A stretch of 64,000 bases of DNA from Octopus sinensis (taxonomy: Eukaryota): contig NC_042998.1 of NCBI RefSeq assembly GCF_006345805.1, forward strand, positions 178,374,001 through 178,438,000, in the 5' to 3' direction. The notes under the pieces were generated by a model that ran no database searches, was not told the DNA's origin, and was given only the letters and a program-made list of their open reading frames with translations. This document shows, piece after piece, positions 1-13,200 of this stretch. Each line of letters opens with the position of its first letter. The stretch's first letter is position 1. Both the position numbers and the translations under genes were made by a program.

Positions 1-89
1 TGAAAGATAAAAATAAAAATAGAATAAACAAATAAAATAAAGATTTAAATTAAAGCAAACAAATAAAAAAAGCAAAACTCAAGACACTT

Positions 90-2539
90 TGGGTGAAGTT
101 TAATTTAAAATTTATTTTTAAAGGCAAAATGGACAGTTGGCCTTTGTATATTGTTTGAAACACACAATAGAACACATTTGTACAGTTTTTGAAAGGACGC
201 TGCTGGCATTTAAAATAGAAAGAAATATCAAAGCATTCTCAGCAAATAAACAATTGAATTGTAATTGGGCTCTACTGAGTCACTGACAAAATTAGCAATC
301 GTAACAGTGCAAAAGTATAGTGTGTGGAGAGGACATGCAGAAGAGAGGAAGAGAGTGAAGAGAGAGAAGATAAGCCAGTGGATCGAATCAGAGAAACAAT
401 ATGGCATTTTGTTGGAGGCAGCCAAAACAGATACACATGCACACATAGAGGTGAAGGGTTCAAATCTGAAGACATTAGGGGTGAGAAAAAAAAAAAGACA
501 GAAAAGAAATGAAAGAAACATTTTTTTCTAAAGCCAACATTTTAGATCAATTGGAAAAAAAAAATAACCCACAAATAACACTAATGAAATATTTGACAAA
601 TTCAGGAAAAAAATTTTAAATAATTCCTTATAAAGAGTTTTTATAAAAAAAATATATAAGTCAAATGTTCAGTGTATCAGGAATGTAGAGTAGGGATTAG
701 TCAGAAGGTTTCAAAAACCAACTTAGCAGCTAGCAAAGGTACATGACGCCAAACTATTTCATTACATAAGTACTATGGCAAAAGAGAATCCTAATAATTA
801 AAAAGAATTTGCCAGATTTTTTCAATGAAAAAAAAATCTTCAATTTACATTTTAAAAATTAGTAATAAGAAATTAGTAGAAATATAGTAATTGATCACAA
901 AAAATAAAGAAAGAAAGTGTGAAAATAAAAGATATATAAGTAGTGTGAAAATAGCATGTTCCTAATCCTATATTCTAATCCAGAAGCTCAATTCAAAACA
1001 CTAATTAATACAAAGAATGATAGTTGCAAGATTCATTAAAATCAAGCTAATGAAATATCAAACTGATTTTCTTAATTTATAGCATTTCAAAGGCTCATCT
1101 AATTAGGCAATGAAAACAAAATATTTATTGGGACAAATTTTCTCTTTTAGTATACTTTGGTTGTATTACAAATCAGAAACATAATTTGGAAGTGTTGACT
1201 TAATATTGTCTTTTCTCAATATTTATTTCAATAAAATAAAATGTTTAGTTAGTTTCACATTCATTATTAGTACAGTCAGAATATGAAACTTAGCTAAAAT
1301 AACAACACAATTCTCAACAGCTTATTAATGATTCATAATACTATATTATCCACTGAGTTCTATTCAACAGTAGAGGTTTAGCGTTCAGAGAAGGGAGAGA
1401 ATTCAAAGCCTTACAATAAGAAACTTGACGTGAAAAACTTTTAAAATATTTTTTGCTTATTCTATTTCCTCTTGCTCAGTACTAAGTTATTTGAAAAACT
1501 TGACTGAATAATTTTTTAAAAAAGGTTAATTGATTAATAATCAAGTTTCCTTTCTTTCAAATCTAACTTGTGAATTTATCACATTTATTCCACAGTAATT
1601 ACATAAATTGTTTTATAAGTAAAGCACATCGATTAAGTTATCTTGTAGCTCATGGGTTGTGTATTTGAATTTTGTCACAAGAGTTGTGTTGTTGTTAGCA
1701 AATCACTTGACAGTACACGCCTCAATCTAGGAATGGAGAGACACTTGTTAGGTTCTTATAGTCCTAGAAACATCTAGTCAAAGGTACTCCTAATAACATA
1801 AAAATATTAAAAGATGAAGTTCAATTTAAGATGCTTCATGGAATCAAAATACTAAAGGTAGATGTGATGTTACTGATATACATATAAACAGCAAACCTAA
1901 ATGATCTGCCCCATTAAAAAAATAAAATTTAATATTCACATATAAATATATATCAAAGATAAAAATGACAATTTATCCATATTAGGTGATTGAACAAAAC
2001 AGTACGAAAATTAACTGAGGCATCATAATTATAAGCATAATAGTCTCAAACTTCTGAAGATGTTTAGTTAAAAATGAAACATTAGAGAAAACTTCATTTT
2101 GTAATGTTTCTTTTTTATTTTTTTTATACATTTTTTTTTTACATATTTTCTCAAGTTAAAAAGACAAAGATGTGTCTTATTTAAAAATCTACTAGAAAGA
2201 AAATAAACATTCCTCTCAATAGATGTCAAGATGTTTCATTCCATACTTACTAATGTGGGATGAAATTAGGAAAAGAACAATGCATCAACAAGACTTTAGA
2301 AGTAGAATATACAAGTGAGACCAACTGCTTAAGGTTTTACATTCTGTGATAAATTACATGGTATTATCAACAGAAAGAAACAGCATCCATGTAGTAGTTA
2401 CAAGATCACACTAAAATACAAACATTAGTAGCTAGAGGCTAAATCCAAAGAAAAATTAGATACATATAATACAGCCTGTAGTAAACAACCTCTTTGAACA
2501 ATCATTACATATACACACATACACACACACACACACACG

Positions 2540-2578
<39 letters not shown>

Positions 2579-4168
2579 ATATATATATAATTATACCCAA
2601 GCATACATATACAAATAACTACTCACGCACCCATTAAACACTCCATGTTAATTTAATTGCCCGGCTGATAATGCATTAAAAAGGCACTGGCGAAGGAATC
2701 ACTAAATTTAATGGCTAAGAGAAAAATAAAATGTATTTCCCCACAAACACAAAATATGATTTATATTTATGAAATTATAAGCTAAGTAAGCTGTATTGTA
2801 TAATATTTTCGATTAACAATATTTAAGAGGAAAAAGAACGCACAGAATTTTAAAATCAATTTGTTAGAGCAACCTACTTTACAAATATTATCTGTTTAAT
2901 AACTGATTACATTGAATGATGAAGCTATTAACACTTGACAATCTTTTGCTGAATTTGTTTGGAGGGAAAATGAAAAAGAATTGAAGATATTTTTGAAATA
3001 ATTCATTAAAATTAAGATAACCAGAGAGAGATTTTTTTTTTAAGATGCAGACGGTATGAAAAGACAACAATGAGTAAAAATAAACAAGGGAGAAGCATTT
3101 TTGCAGCAAACAGTTTGACCAAACACAAATTCAAGAGGGAAATAAAGAAAAAAATTAAGGCCCCTCTAGTTCCAGATAATTCTATAGAACTTTATTTTCA
3201 ATGAGTTGGTATCAAGGGAGATAATTACAAAGAATTCAATGTAAATATTTTTATAGAATGGATATCATTTTAGCAGATGGTTACTATTTAGGAAAAAAAA
3301 AATTCTGTTATAAAATTAATGGCAAAAGTAAGCAAATTCAATGAAAAAATAAACTGAACAAATTTGGTATCTTGATTATAATGGAAGAACACAGCCACAG
3401 AGAAAAGTATTGTGTGCACATAGTGTGTCTGTGATGGCATTGGTAAGAAATGCTACAGAGAGAATAAGCTAAGCTGTGTCAAAAAAAAAAAGAAAAAATT
3501 ACATTTTCAACACAGTGAAGCTGACTGCATTCGAAAGCAGATCGTTACTTTCTGCCATTGCTAATGATTACTAAATTAGATGATTATTTCATCTGAATGT
3601 TTGTGAGCAGCAATGACTGGAGAAAGAGAGAGACAGACAGAACAGAGAAAGAGTGTATGCATGTATGTGTATGACAGAGAGAGAAAGAGAGAGAGAGAGA
3701 GAGAAAGAATTCTGATATTTATATATAGAGCTATTCAAATTTCAATAAGCTACTTGCAGTGGGCTTGAAAGACTGTATGGAAAAGGTTAAACCAAGAAGC
3801 AGTGTTATTTGTAGTAGTGGTAGTAGTAGTAGTAGTAGTAATAACAGTTCAAAGTAAAGACCTAGTTGCTGCTATATGTGACCATTGGTATATTAAATAG
3901 AATTATACCAAAACATCAAAACCACATAAGGTTTTAACTATCTAGAAAAGTTCATTTTGAACCACTTGTCCATCACCTTACTGATCAAATGAAATCATTG
4001 TTGTCATAGATGTATGCATGTTTGTTACGTGTGTGTGTGTGTGTATGAGTGTGTGTGTGTGTGTACGTGTGTATCTGTGCGTTGTGTCTGCATGTGTGTT
4101 TAATAATGAAATATTATTGATTGCATAAGTGGACATGTTGTGTTTATACATAGTTGCACATAGCAAAT
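90..4168 (-). other. Probable 3' UTR / downstream region of the abLIM-family gene
   Basis: Follows the stop codon. Several minus-strand AATAAA signals (e.g. plus-strand tttatt at 111-116, with U-rich sequence downstream). Interspersed SINEs are absent here but common in the introns. The true end is unknown. Confidence 0.35.
2511..2590. repeat. (CA)n(TA)n microsatellite; representative of many others (e.g. 3620-3705, 4030-4075, 10225-10262, 17430-17550, 19680-19712, 19898-19924, 25037-25066, 35275-35320, 50210-50250)
   Basis: Read directly from the sequence. Confidence 0.95.
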
Positions 4169-4282
4169 TTAATACAAGTGGTGTCTTCGCTTCAAGTCAT
4201 TACGTTTCCATTCAGCAAGTCGGTAAAATTCTTCCTGACCCATCTTAAACAATTCATGAAAATCCTCTTTGGCGAGATATAT
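4169..4282 (-). CDS. ABLIM: Terminal coding exon, villin headpiece C-half ([37 protein letters not shown])
   Basis: tttcag|ATA acceptor, phase 0. Headpiece F..F.M...F..L..WKR..LK pattern; stop TAA. Confidence 0.95.
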   Translation of the reverse strand: MYLAKEDFHELFKMGQEEFYRLAEWKRNDLKRRHHLY

Positions 4283-7200
4283 CTGAAATAATAATAATAA
4301 TAATAATAACAATAATAATAATAATAATGATGATGATGATGATGACTTAAAATTTTGACCACAAGGCAAGCAATTTCGGAGCAGGGGATAAATCAGTTAC
4401 ATCGAGCCCAGTGTTCAGCTGGTACTTATTTTATCAACCCCAAAAGAATGAAAGGTAAGGCTGACCTCAGCAAAATTTGAACTCAGAACTTAGAGACAGA
4501 TGAAATGCTGATAAGCATCTTGCCCTCCTGCTAATCATTCTGCCAGCTCACCGTCTTAACAATAAGAAATAATAGAAGAAATATTTGTCCACATTGTCTC
4601 TGGTTTCCCAGTGTTAGCCAGAGAGAGAATGTATTTAAAAGATATGACACACCAATCATGTAATTCAAAAGAGCTTTAATAAGTGGCCACTAACTCTGAC
4701 CACTAAATAGATGTTGCTGTATATTGAAGTAATCCAGCTTCTGGAAACATTTGAAATCAGCTGTCAGCTAATAATGGTGAACCCCATTAAAAGCCTTTAA
4801 ATGAACTGAATTAATCATAGCTTCACAAAAGCCAGGTTTGTTACCTGCCCTATCTATGTTGTAGCACATGAGTTTGTCATGGACAGATCCATTCAGGATC
4901 ATGGCTAACTATAACTGCAAAATTACTTTCCATTTATTCCTCTTATAATGGTCAGTATAATTTACAGATATTTGCATCAAAAAGGTTTCATATATTGTCA
5001 ACAAAATACGTTGGCAAAATTGATTGGTGATATAATTAGACAGCTAATTTGGTATTGGAATCCCTTGAAAAACATGCCTATCATAACTTCAAACATGTCA
5101 TGAAATTTTCCAGCGGGGTGCAAAGAGCACCATACGAGTGTGATCATTGACAGAGCGACTAACTGGCTACCGTGTTAGTGGCACTTAAAAGGCATCATTC
5201 AAGTGTGATTGTTACCAGCGTCGCCTTACTGGCACTCAAGCCCCGTGCTAGTAGGGTATTAAGAGCACCATCCAAGCGTGATCATTGCCAGAGCGGCTAT
5301 CTGGCCTCCGTGCTGGTGGCATGTAAAAGACACCATTTGAGCATGATTGTTACCAGCATCGCCTTAATGGCACCCGTGCCGGTGGCATGTGTAAAAGATT
5401 CGAGTGATGTCATTGCCAGTACTGCCGGACTGGCCCTGTGCTGGTTGCACATAAAAGCACCCACTACACTCTCAGAGTGGTTGGCATTAGGAAGGGCATC
5501 CAGCTGTAGAAACTGCCAGATCAAGATTGAAGCCTGGTGCAGCCATCTGGTTCGTCAGCCCTCAGTCAAATCGTCCAACCCATGCTAGCATGGAAAGCGG
5601 ACATTAAACGATGATGATGATGATTATGATGATGTTCACAGCGATAGACACCGGTTAAAGAGGATAGTACCATTAAAGAACAGAAATATTTACCTCCAAA
5701 CAGTTTCTATCGACATCTTTGGGTAAGTCAAAGTTGGTAATCTTCAGGCGTTCATAAGGATACACCTATAGAAGAAGCATAAGTAGTAAAAATTCAAAGG
5801 AAAAATTTGTTATAGAAAACAAATATACAAACAGTCATTGTAAAAAGGTTTATTACAGCCTATGAAAGATGACCTGCACTTTTCATTCTCACTACACACA
5901 ATAAGTTGCTAATTAACACAAGATGACTAAGTCTGGTAAAGCCCAAGATATTGATTAGTCAAGATTTTTTAGTTAAATTGAATACATTAAAGGAATTAAA
6001 TTAACTGGCAATCACACCTGCATCACAGATTTGGCACCCTGGCATAGGTTTAGCACTACTCTAGAATTTATACATTTTTTTTTTGTTTTTTGTTGTTATT
6101 GTTCCTTGGCTTCTGGTTGGATTAAGCAGATTTATGATTAGAGATATTCTAGTCATGACAATCCCATCCCTTTTTGGGTCACAGTGCATCCAGAACCATA
6201 ACATCTAATGTATCTTTCTTCTCTAAGAAGAGAGGATGTACAAAATTTGAGAGGGATATGGCTGCTATTTCTAGCGTATCAAGCTTTTATTGGTTCTTTT
6301 GTCTTTGCATAAAAGGGAAGCATTTCTCCAGAGTAACTGTCATATAAAGATAATGGATGATGTTTATTTTTAGTAGTTTATTATTGGTTTGAGTAGCTTC
6401 TCTGATTTTCTCCCTTTTTTGATAAATATATTTTTCCTCTTTGTTTTTATCAATATCTTATATCTCCATTTACTTTTAGTTTGTATTTTCCTTAATCTAT
6501 TTAGCTTTTTATCATTCCTCTATGACGCAGTACCACACAAGACTGCACCAGTCAGCCAGTCCTCAAACATGCAATATCACAAGAATAGTACTATGTTTAC
6601 ATTCATCGTGAAGAAAGTGAGGAACTCACTAATGTAAGGAAAAAAAAGACTCTAATTTATTCTACTATTCATTCTCATACTGTAATGGAATCATAACAAG
6701 AATGAATTTTTGACTTAGAAAATTTTCAACAGGATGGTATGGTAAAAGTTGAATGCCATCTAATATTCTGTCTCTTGATTCCATCAAATTATACTTAATG
6801 CATTTTGTTCCAAATATACACCAACCATGCACTTGGTATTGTATGGCATTATTTTTTAGTTTTCCTTGCAGTTATAAATTTTATCTGATACTTGTGTACT
6901 GAGTACCAGGTTTAGTTTTAGTATGTGGATGTATTCTATTTCTATGATTTTTTTAAGAGTCAATAGAATATTATGGAGATAACAGCACATTAGGTAACTT
7001 TATTAAAGCATATATTGGTTTCTCATGAGTTCTTTGCTACAACAACTTGTGAAATGCACCATGGTCAATTCTGGAGAATAGTTCAGTTGGGGGCATCTAC
7101 TAACTCTTTACAAGTTTCAAAAACACATACATACAGAAAGGGAAACTTGTTATACAAAGGGAAACTTATACAAAAAGTGGACAACAAAATAAGTGTAAGA

Positions 7201-10200
7201 GGAACTTGTTACGGAATATATTAAAATAATAGAACTGATATTTAAAAGAAACAAAGACAGAATGAAAATTAACCATTTAAGGTTACAGAGTAATTAGAAA
7301 ACAAGGACAAAGCAGAAAAAATAAATTTCAACTCAGTACATTGAGTCCTATAGTTTGGTGTAAGATTTTCATACATATTTCCTTCAATATATTTTAAGAA
7401 GTGCACTTACTGGTGGCTCAGATTCTGTATGCCAAGTGTTGCGTTGGTAGGTCATCAGAGATACAGCTGGCCCATCATAAACACCAGGTTCCCCAGCTCT
7501 AGAATAACTTGATCGCTGAAAAATAAGTTGAAATGTCATTACAGCTCCTGAGAGACTTTACAAAAGTAAATAACAAAAAATTATACACCTAATTCCTCTT
7601 CATTATTACTTTAATTATTATTATTATTATTATTATTATTGGCACATAAAAAGCACCATCCGTATGTGGCCGATGCCAGTGCCGCCTTGACTGGCTTCTG
7701 TGCTGGTGGCATGTAAAAAGCACCAACTGATCGTGGCCGTTGCCAGCCTCCTCTGGCACATAAAAGGCACCCACTACACTCACGGAGTGGTTGGCGTTAG
7801 GAAGGGCATCCAGCTGTAGAAACACTGCCAGATCAGACTGGAGCTTGATGCAGCCTCCTGGCTTCCCAGACTCCGGTTGAACCCTCCAACCCATGCTAGC
7901 ATGGAAAACGGACGTTAAACGATGATGATAATGATGATGAAGATGGTGAGCTGGCAGAATTGTTAGCACACTGAGCAAAATGCTTAGCAGCATTTCATCC
8001 ATCTGCCAAGGTCAACTTTGCCTTTCGTCCTTTTAGGGTCAATAAAATAAGTACCAGTGAAACACTGGGGTCGATGTAATCAGTTTACTCCCCCTTCCAC
8101 AATTTCAGACCTTGTGCCTATAGTAGAAAGGATTATTATTATTATTAAGGCAACAAGCTGGCAGAATTGTTAGCATACGGGGCAAAATACTTAGTGGCAT
8201 TTCATGTCTTTACATTCTGAGTTCAAATTCTGCCAAGGTTGACTTTACCTTTCGTCCTTTCAGGGTCAATGAAATAAGTACCAGTTACACACAGGTCGAT
8301 GTAATCGACTTGCCCCCTCCCACAAAATTTCAGGCCTTGTGTCTATAGTAGAAAGAATTATTATAATTACTATTACTACTGCTACTGCTACTACTACTAT
8401 TATTATTATTAAGGAGGTGAGCTGGCAGAATTGTTAGCACATCAGGCATATTACTTAGAAGTATTTTTTCCAGCTCTTTAGATTCTGTGATCAAATCCCA
8501 CCAAGGTTAATTTTGCCTTTCAGGGTTGTTAAAAATAAAGTACCAGTCAAGCTAAAAAATTACTAGCCTTGTACTAAAACTTGAAACAAGGCAAAATCGT
8601 TAGCACATCAGACAAAATGACAACATTTCGTTTGTCTTTAAGTTCTGAGTTCAAATTCCAACACAGTCAACTTTGCTTTCATCCTTTTGAGGTAGATAAA
8701 ATAAGTACCAGTTTGAACAATAGGCTCAACATAATCAGCTTATCCCCTCCCTCCAAATTACTGGCCTAGTACCAAAATTTGAAATAATTATTATTGTTAT
8801 TATCATCATCATCATCATCATCATCATACCCTCCTTGACAAACTGACTTAACATCAATTAATTTTCTCACTTAACACTTATAATACTCTCATTTGGCAAG
8901 AGTTTTGATGTGAAAATGTGTGAAAAAATATTGTGATTGTCCAAAGTATGTTTGTGAGTCATTCTATTTTCATCTCTTCTATATCATCATCATCATCATT
9001 TAATGTCAGTTGTCCATGCTGGCATGGGCTGGATGGTTGTGCTGTGAAAGTTTTAAGTGAACTGTACACAGCTCTTAGTATTTTTGTCTTGAGTATATGC
9101 TTATGTTTGCAGAATGTGTGGGTTGATTATATTTGGTGTTTTCTCATGTTGCTGGTACAAAGGGAGACAATAGATTCCATAGGTGTTACTTAAAGTCTCT
9201 TGTTGAGGGGTTAGTTTTTAAGAGATTTAAGTGGGGTCGGAGAAGTTGCAATGCAATGTCTTAAGAATAGTGAGAGTTTGTGTGATGTCATCAGTGTATA
9301 AAGTTGCTTGTATATCGAGGTTTGGAAAGGTCATGTAAGCATAAATTGAAAAGAATGAGCGAGAAGGCAAATCCTTGTGGTTCTTCATCTGGAAAGCTGA
9401 TGTTTCTAGAAGTGTTGCTCTTGTACATTATATAGTCTTGGTGGCATGACAAAGAGTTTGCTAGCCTACTGTACTGTTTCTGAAGCTGGTGTTGAGGGGT
9501 TTTTTTTTTGCATGAGTGAATAGCAGGAAATGGAGTCAAAAGCTTTACTGATACTGATGCTAGTCAGACTGATATATGGGGAAGGGTTTTTTTCCCCTGT
9601 GTTAAGTTTCTGAGGTACGTGGTGGTTGAGTACAGTGAAAGTGGTTAGTAGTGGTTGCAATTTGGAGAGGGTGATATGTAGGTTAGTGATATTAAAAATG
9701 AGTTATTCTAAATATTTTGAGGCTGTGCATAGGAAGTGATAGTTCTTCACTTGGGTTATTATTGAATTTATTTGTTATAATTTTGTTCAACTTCTAGTTT
9801 CTAAAGATTTGACTACATTGGTACAAAGGGTTATGGATGTTGGTGAGTGCAGGGATTTTTTCAGGTCTTATGCATTTCAGGTGTATGCTTGTGATTTTGT
9901 TTGGGTTTGGGCCTTAAGATTGAGTTTTTAGATTTCCCTATTGTTTTTCACATGTCTAATGAAACAGGGTCAAAACCGTGGTCTAAATGGAATGTATCAT
10001 GAATATTTTTCCCTTTGTGTTCCTGCCCTCTTTCAGTAGTTTTCAGTGGGTGGTCTTTGAGAAATGTCTGAAGGAGCATTTGCTTGGTGTTGCAGTGAGG
10101 ACAAGAGATGTTCTGTTCAATAAAATCTCACCCAGTGATAGTGTCTGTGAAGGTGGTAAAGAGCTAAAACTGGGATGTGCAATCAGGTGAGATGGTTGGT

Positions 10201-10215
10201 GACAATAATGGTGAT

Positions 10216-10266
<51 letters not shown>

Positions 10267-13200
10267 AACATATTATCGTTTTTTCATGATTGCATGGGCC
10301 AGATGGAATTTGTTGGGGCAGATTTTCTACAACTAGATGCTCTTCCTGTCACCAATCCCCACATGTTTCCAAACAAGGTAATATTTCCCATGACCAGACA
10401 TGTTTCCCATGGAAATGAACAATATTGTTTGCATGACAGTGATGCATTTTTACAACAATCACATGATGTCAAGACAAAGACATACACACTGTTTATTTTG
10501 ATGCTGCTTGTAAGTAACAAGCAGGGGTTACCTTAATGGACATATTATGCTAATGTTCTGCTCCTGCTGACTACTATTGATTCCCAGACAGCATTTATGC
10601 TTTTAATGCTGTTGACACTGCCAGATTGAATGGTACTTCCCAGGTATTGAAACCACTGTGATATTCATTTGGTAGCTGAAGATGGGAATCCATATTTGTT
10701 ATGCTGGTTTGTGAACTTTATTCTGAGTTTCAGTGAGGTGGAAAGCGATTTTAGATTCATGATTTCTGAAGATTACACACACTAATATTGGTTGTTTTTT
10801 TCACAGATAATCTTATTAAACATGGATAATGCTTAGATATTGATGTCTAGTTTTGGGAGGTTCTATAGCATATATATACAAAGGGCTTCTTTCAGTTTTA
10901 TACCAACCAAAACCACTCACAAGGCTTTGACTGGCTTAGGGTTATGATAAGGACACTTGCTCCAAGTGCTGCAAAGTGGAAGTGAACCCAAGACCACATG
11001 GTCGGGAAGCAAACTTTTTAACCACACAGCCACACCAGAACCTAGCAACATATCTGTCTATCTCTCTCTCCCTCATCATCATCATTTAATGTTCATTTTC
11101 CATGCTGGCATGGGCTGGATGGTTTGACTGAAAACTGGTAAGCTGGGGAACTGCAGTTTTTAGTCAAACCATCCAACCCATGCCAGCATGGAAAACAGAT
11201 GTTAAATGATGATGATACACACACACATATAGTATGTTTATTATATATATGAGCTTTGTGTTGCTAGTTTTTATTTTGAGTCTGTAGCACCATTCCCTAT
11301 TAGCTTATGAATGCTATTTATGATATCTACATGTTGAATACAAGGTTTTAGGCATAGTATAATACAACTACCACTGCTACTATAGTAAAGATAGGTCTGT
11401 CTTGTCAGATTCAGTTACAATTAAGGACAGTGGGCATTTAGTTTTTGAATAATTGCTACATGAATGTTAAAAGTGATTTTGATGCCATTAGTGTTGTATA
11501 GCAGAACATCTAAATAATCTTGTCATGTATAAAGAGTTTGTGTGATGATGACGATGATGATGATAACGAAGGTAATGACTGTATGACAAATTGTAGTACC
11601 TTTGATTTTCTGTCTTCACTAATAGTTGAATCTGAAATACACAACACAAAAGAAATATTTATTAATGAATAAATAAGATTACACACATATCAAGCAAACT
11701 GTTAAAAAAAAATGTAGAATAAACAAAAATCACTTGAATAAACAACATGTTAACTTGATAAAAAAATATTCCTTACCACTAATTTTTCTGTCATCTGACT
11801 GATTGCTAGAATCCATGTGATTTGCATGCTTGACATCAGATGATGTTGGAGAAGTTGATGACTCATCCATTTCATAGTATCTCTGATAAGAAAAAAATAA
11901 AAATAAAAATATAAAAATAACTTAACTACATAGGTGTAGGTGCGGCAAGAAGCTTGCTTCCCAACCACATGCTTCTGGGTTCAGTTCCATTATGTGGCAC
12001 CTTGGTCAAGTGTCTTCTACTACAGCCCTGAGCTGACCAATGCCATGTGAGTGGATTTGGTAAATGGAAACTGAAAGAAGCCTGTCGTATACATGTATGC
12101 ATATACCTATGTGCGTGTATCTTTGCGTCTGTGTTTGTTCCCCACCATCGTTCAACAACTGGTGTCGTGTTTTTGTTCCTCTAACTTAGCAGTTTGAGCA
12201 AAAGAGACCAATAGAATAAGTACCAGGCTTTAAAAAATAAGTCCTGGGGTTGATTTGTTCAAGGTGTTGCCCCAGCATGGCCATAGCAAAAAATGACTGA
12301 AACAAATAAAGGATAAACGATACTATTTGAGAAGAGGACACAACAACAACACTGGACACAGTACAATACAATGTAACATAGTTGGAATTTTAAGAAAAGT
12401 TTTTTAAATATATATTTATATAGCAACCTCTCACAACTATAAATCTGTTCCCTGCATCATACTTTACCCTCTTTCATCAACTTGACTAAAATCACCACAC
12501 CTTCTTTCTCTCCTATTCTCTTTCACTTATAGGAGCCCGCTTTAGGTAAGTTGCAAAGTGACTTCACTAGTGCCATGGGAAAGAAATAAGCATCCAGTAT
12601 TCTCTGTAAAATGGTTGGTGTCGGAAAGAGTATCCAGTTATAGAAGCTATGGAAAAACCGATATGAGTACAGTTCGATCCTCTAACTCATCAAATCCTGT
12701 CAAACCGTTCAACCCATGCCAGCATGGAAAGTAGATGTTAAATGATAATGATGATAATGGGGATATGTATATATATATATATAATATATATATATATATA
12801 TAAAATTTAAAACTGCTTGATACAGATCCATGCAACTTAAAGTTTCACAGGCCTCTAACAGTAACCCATTTCTTTCAGGTTTTGAATTGCAATCAAACTG
12901 TTTTAAATAATACATGTAATTCCTACTAAATATGTCAAGTGCCTTTTCTTTCGTTTGTCCATCATCATCGTTTAACGTCCGTTTTCCATGCTGGCATGGG
13001 TTGGACTCTCACTCATATATATTCATATACAGATATATTCAGAGAAAGATAGTTATGGTCGGTTTGTTGGGTTACCCAGGGTTTTGTATCCACAAAGCGC
13101 TTAGCTTTACATATGTCTTGTCAGACCTTAATGGAGAGGGAGACCTTACATATATCTTGTCAGACCTTAATGGAGAGGGAGAAAGAAGGCCTTGTGGCTA

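Noticed and set aside
228-531. Overlapping ORFs on both strands near the window start
   Set aside because: No recognisable domain or convincing splice sites; purine-rich low-complexity sequence in the probable 3' UTR.
5172-5588. 138-aa ORF; similar ORFs at 7589-8002, 14164-14488 and 30368-30571
   Set aside because: They lie wholly within SINE copies and show no protein motif.
11480-11599. Open read-through past the 11600 donor, a possible headpiece-less alternative end
   Set aside because: About 29 codons through a (TCA)n repeat is expected by chance, and nothing else supports it.
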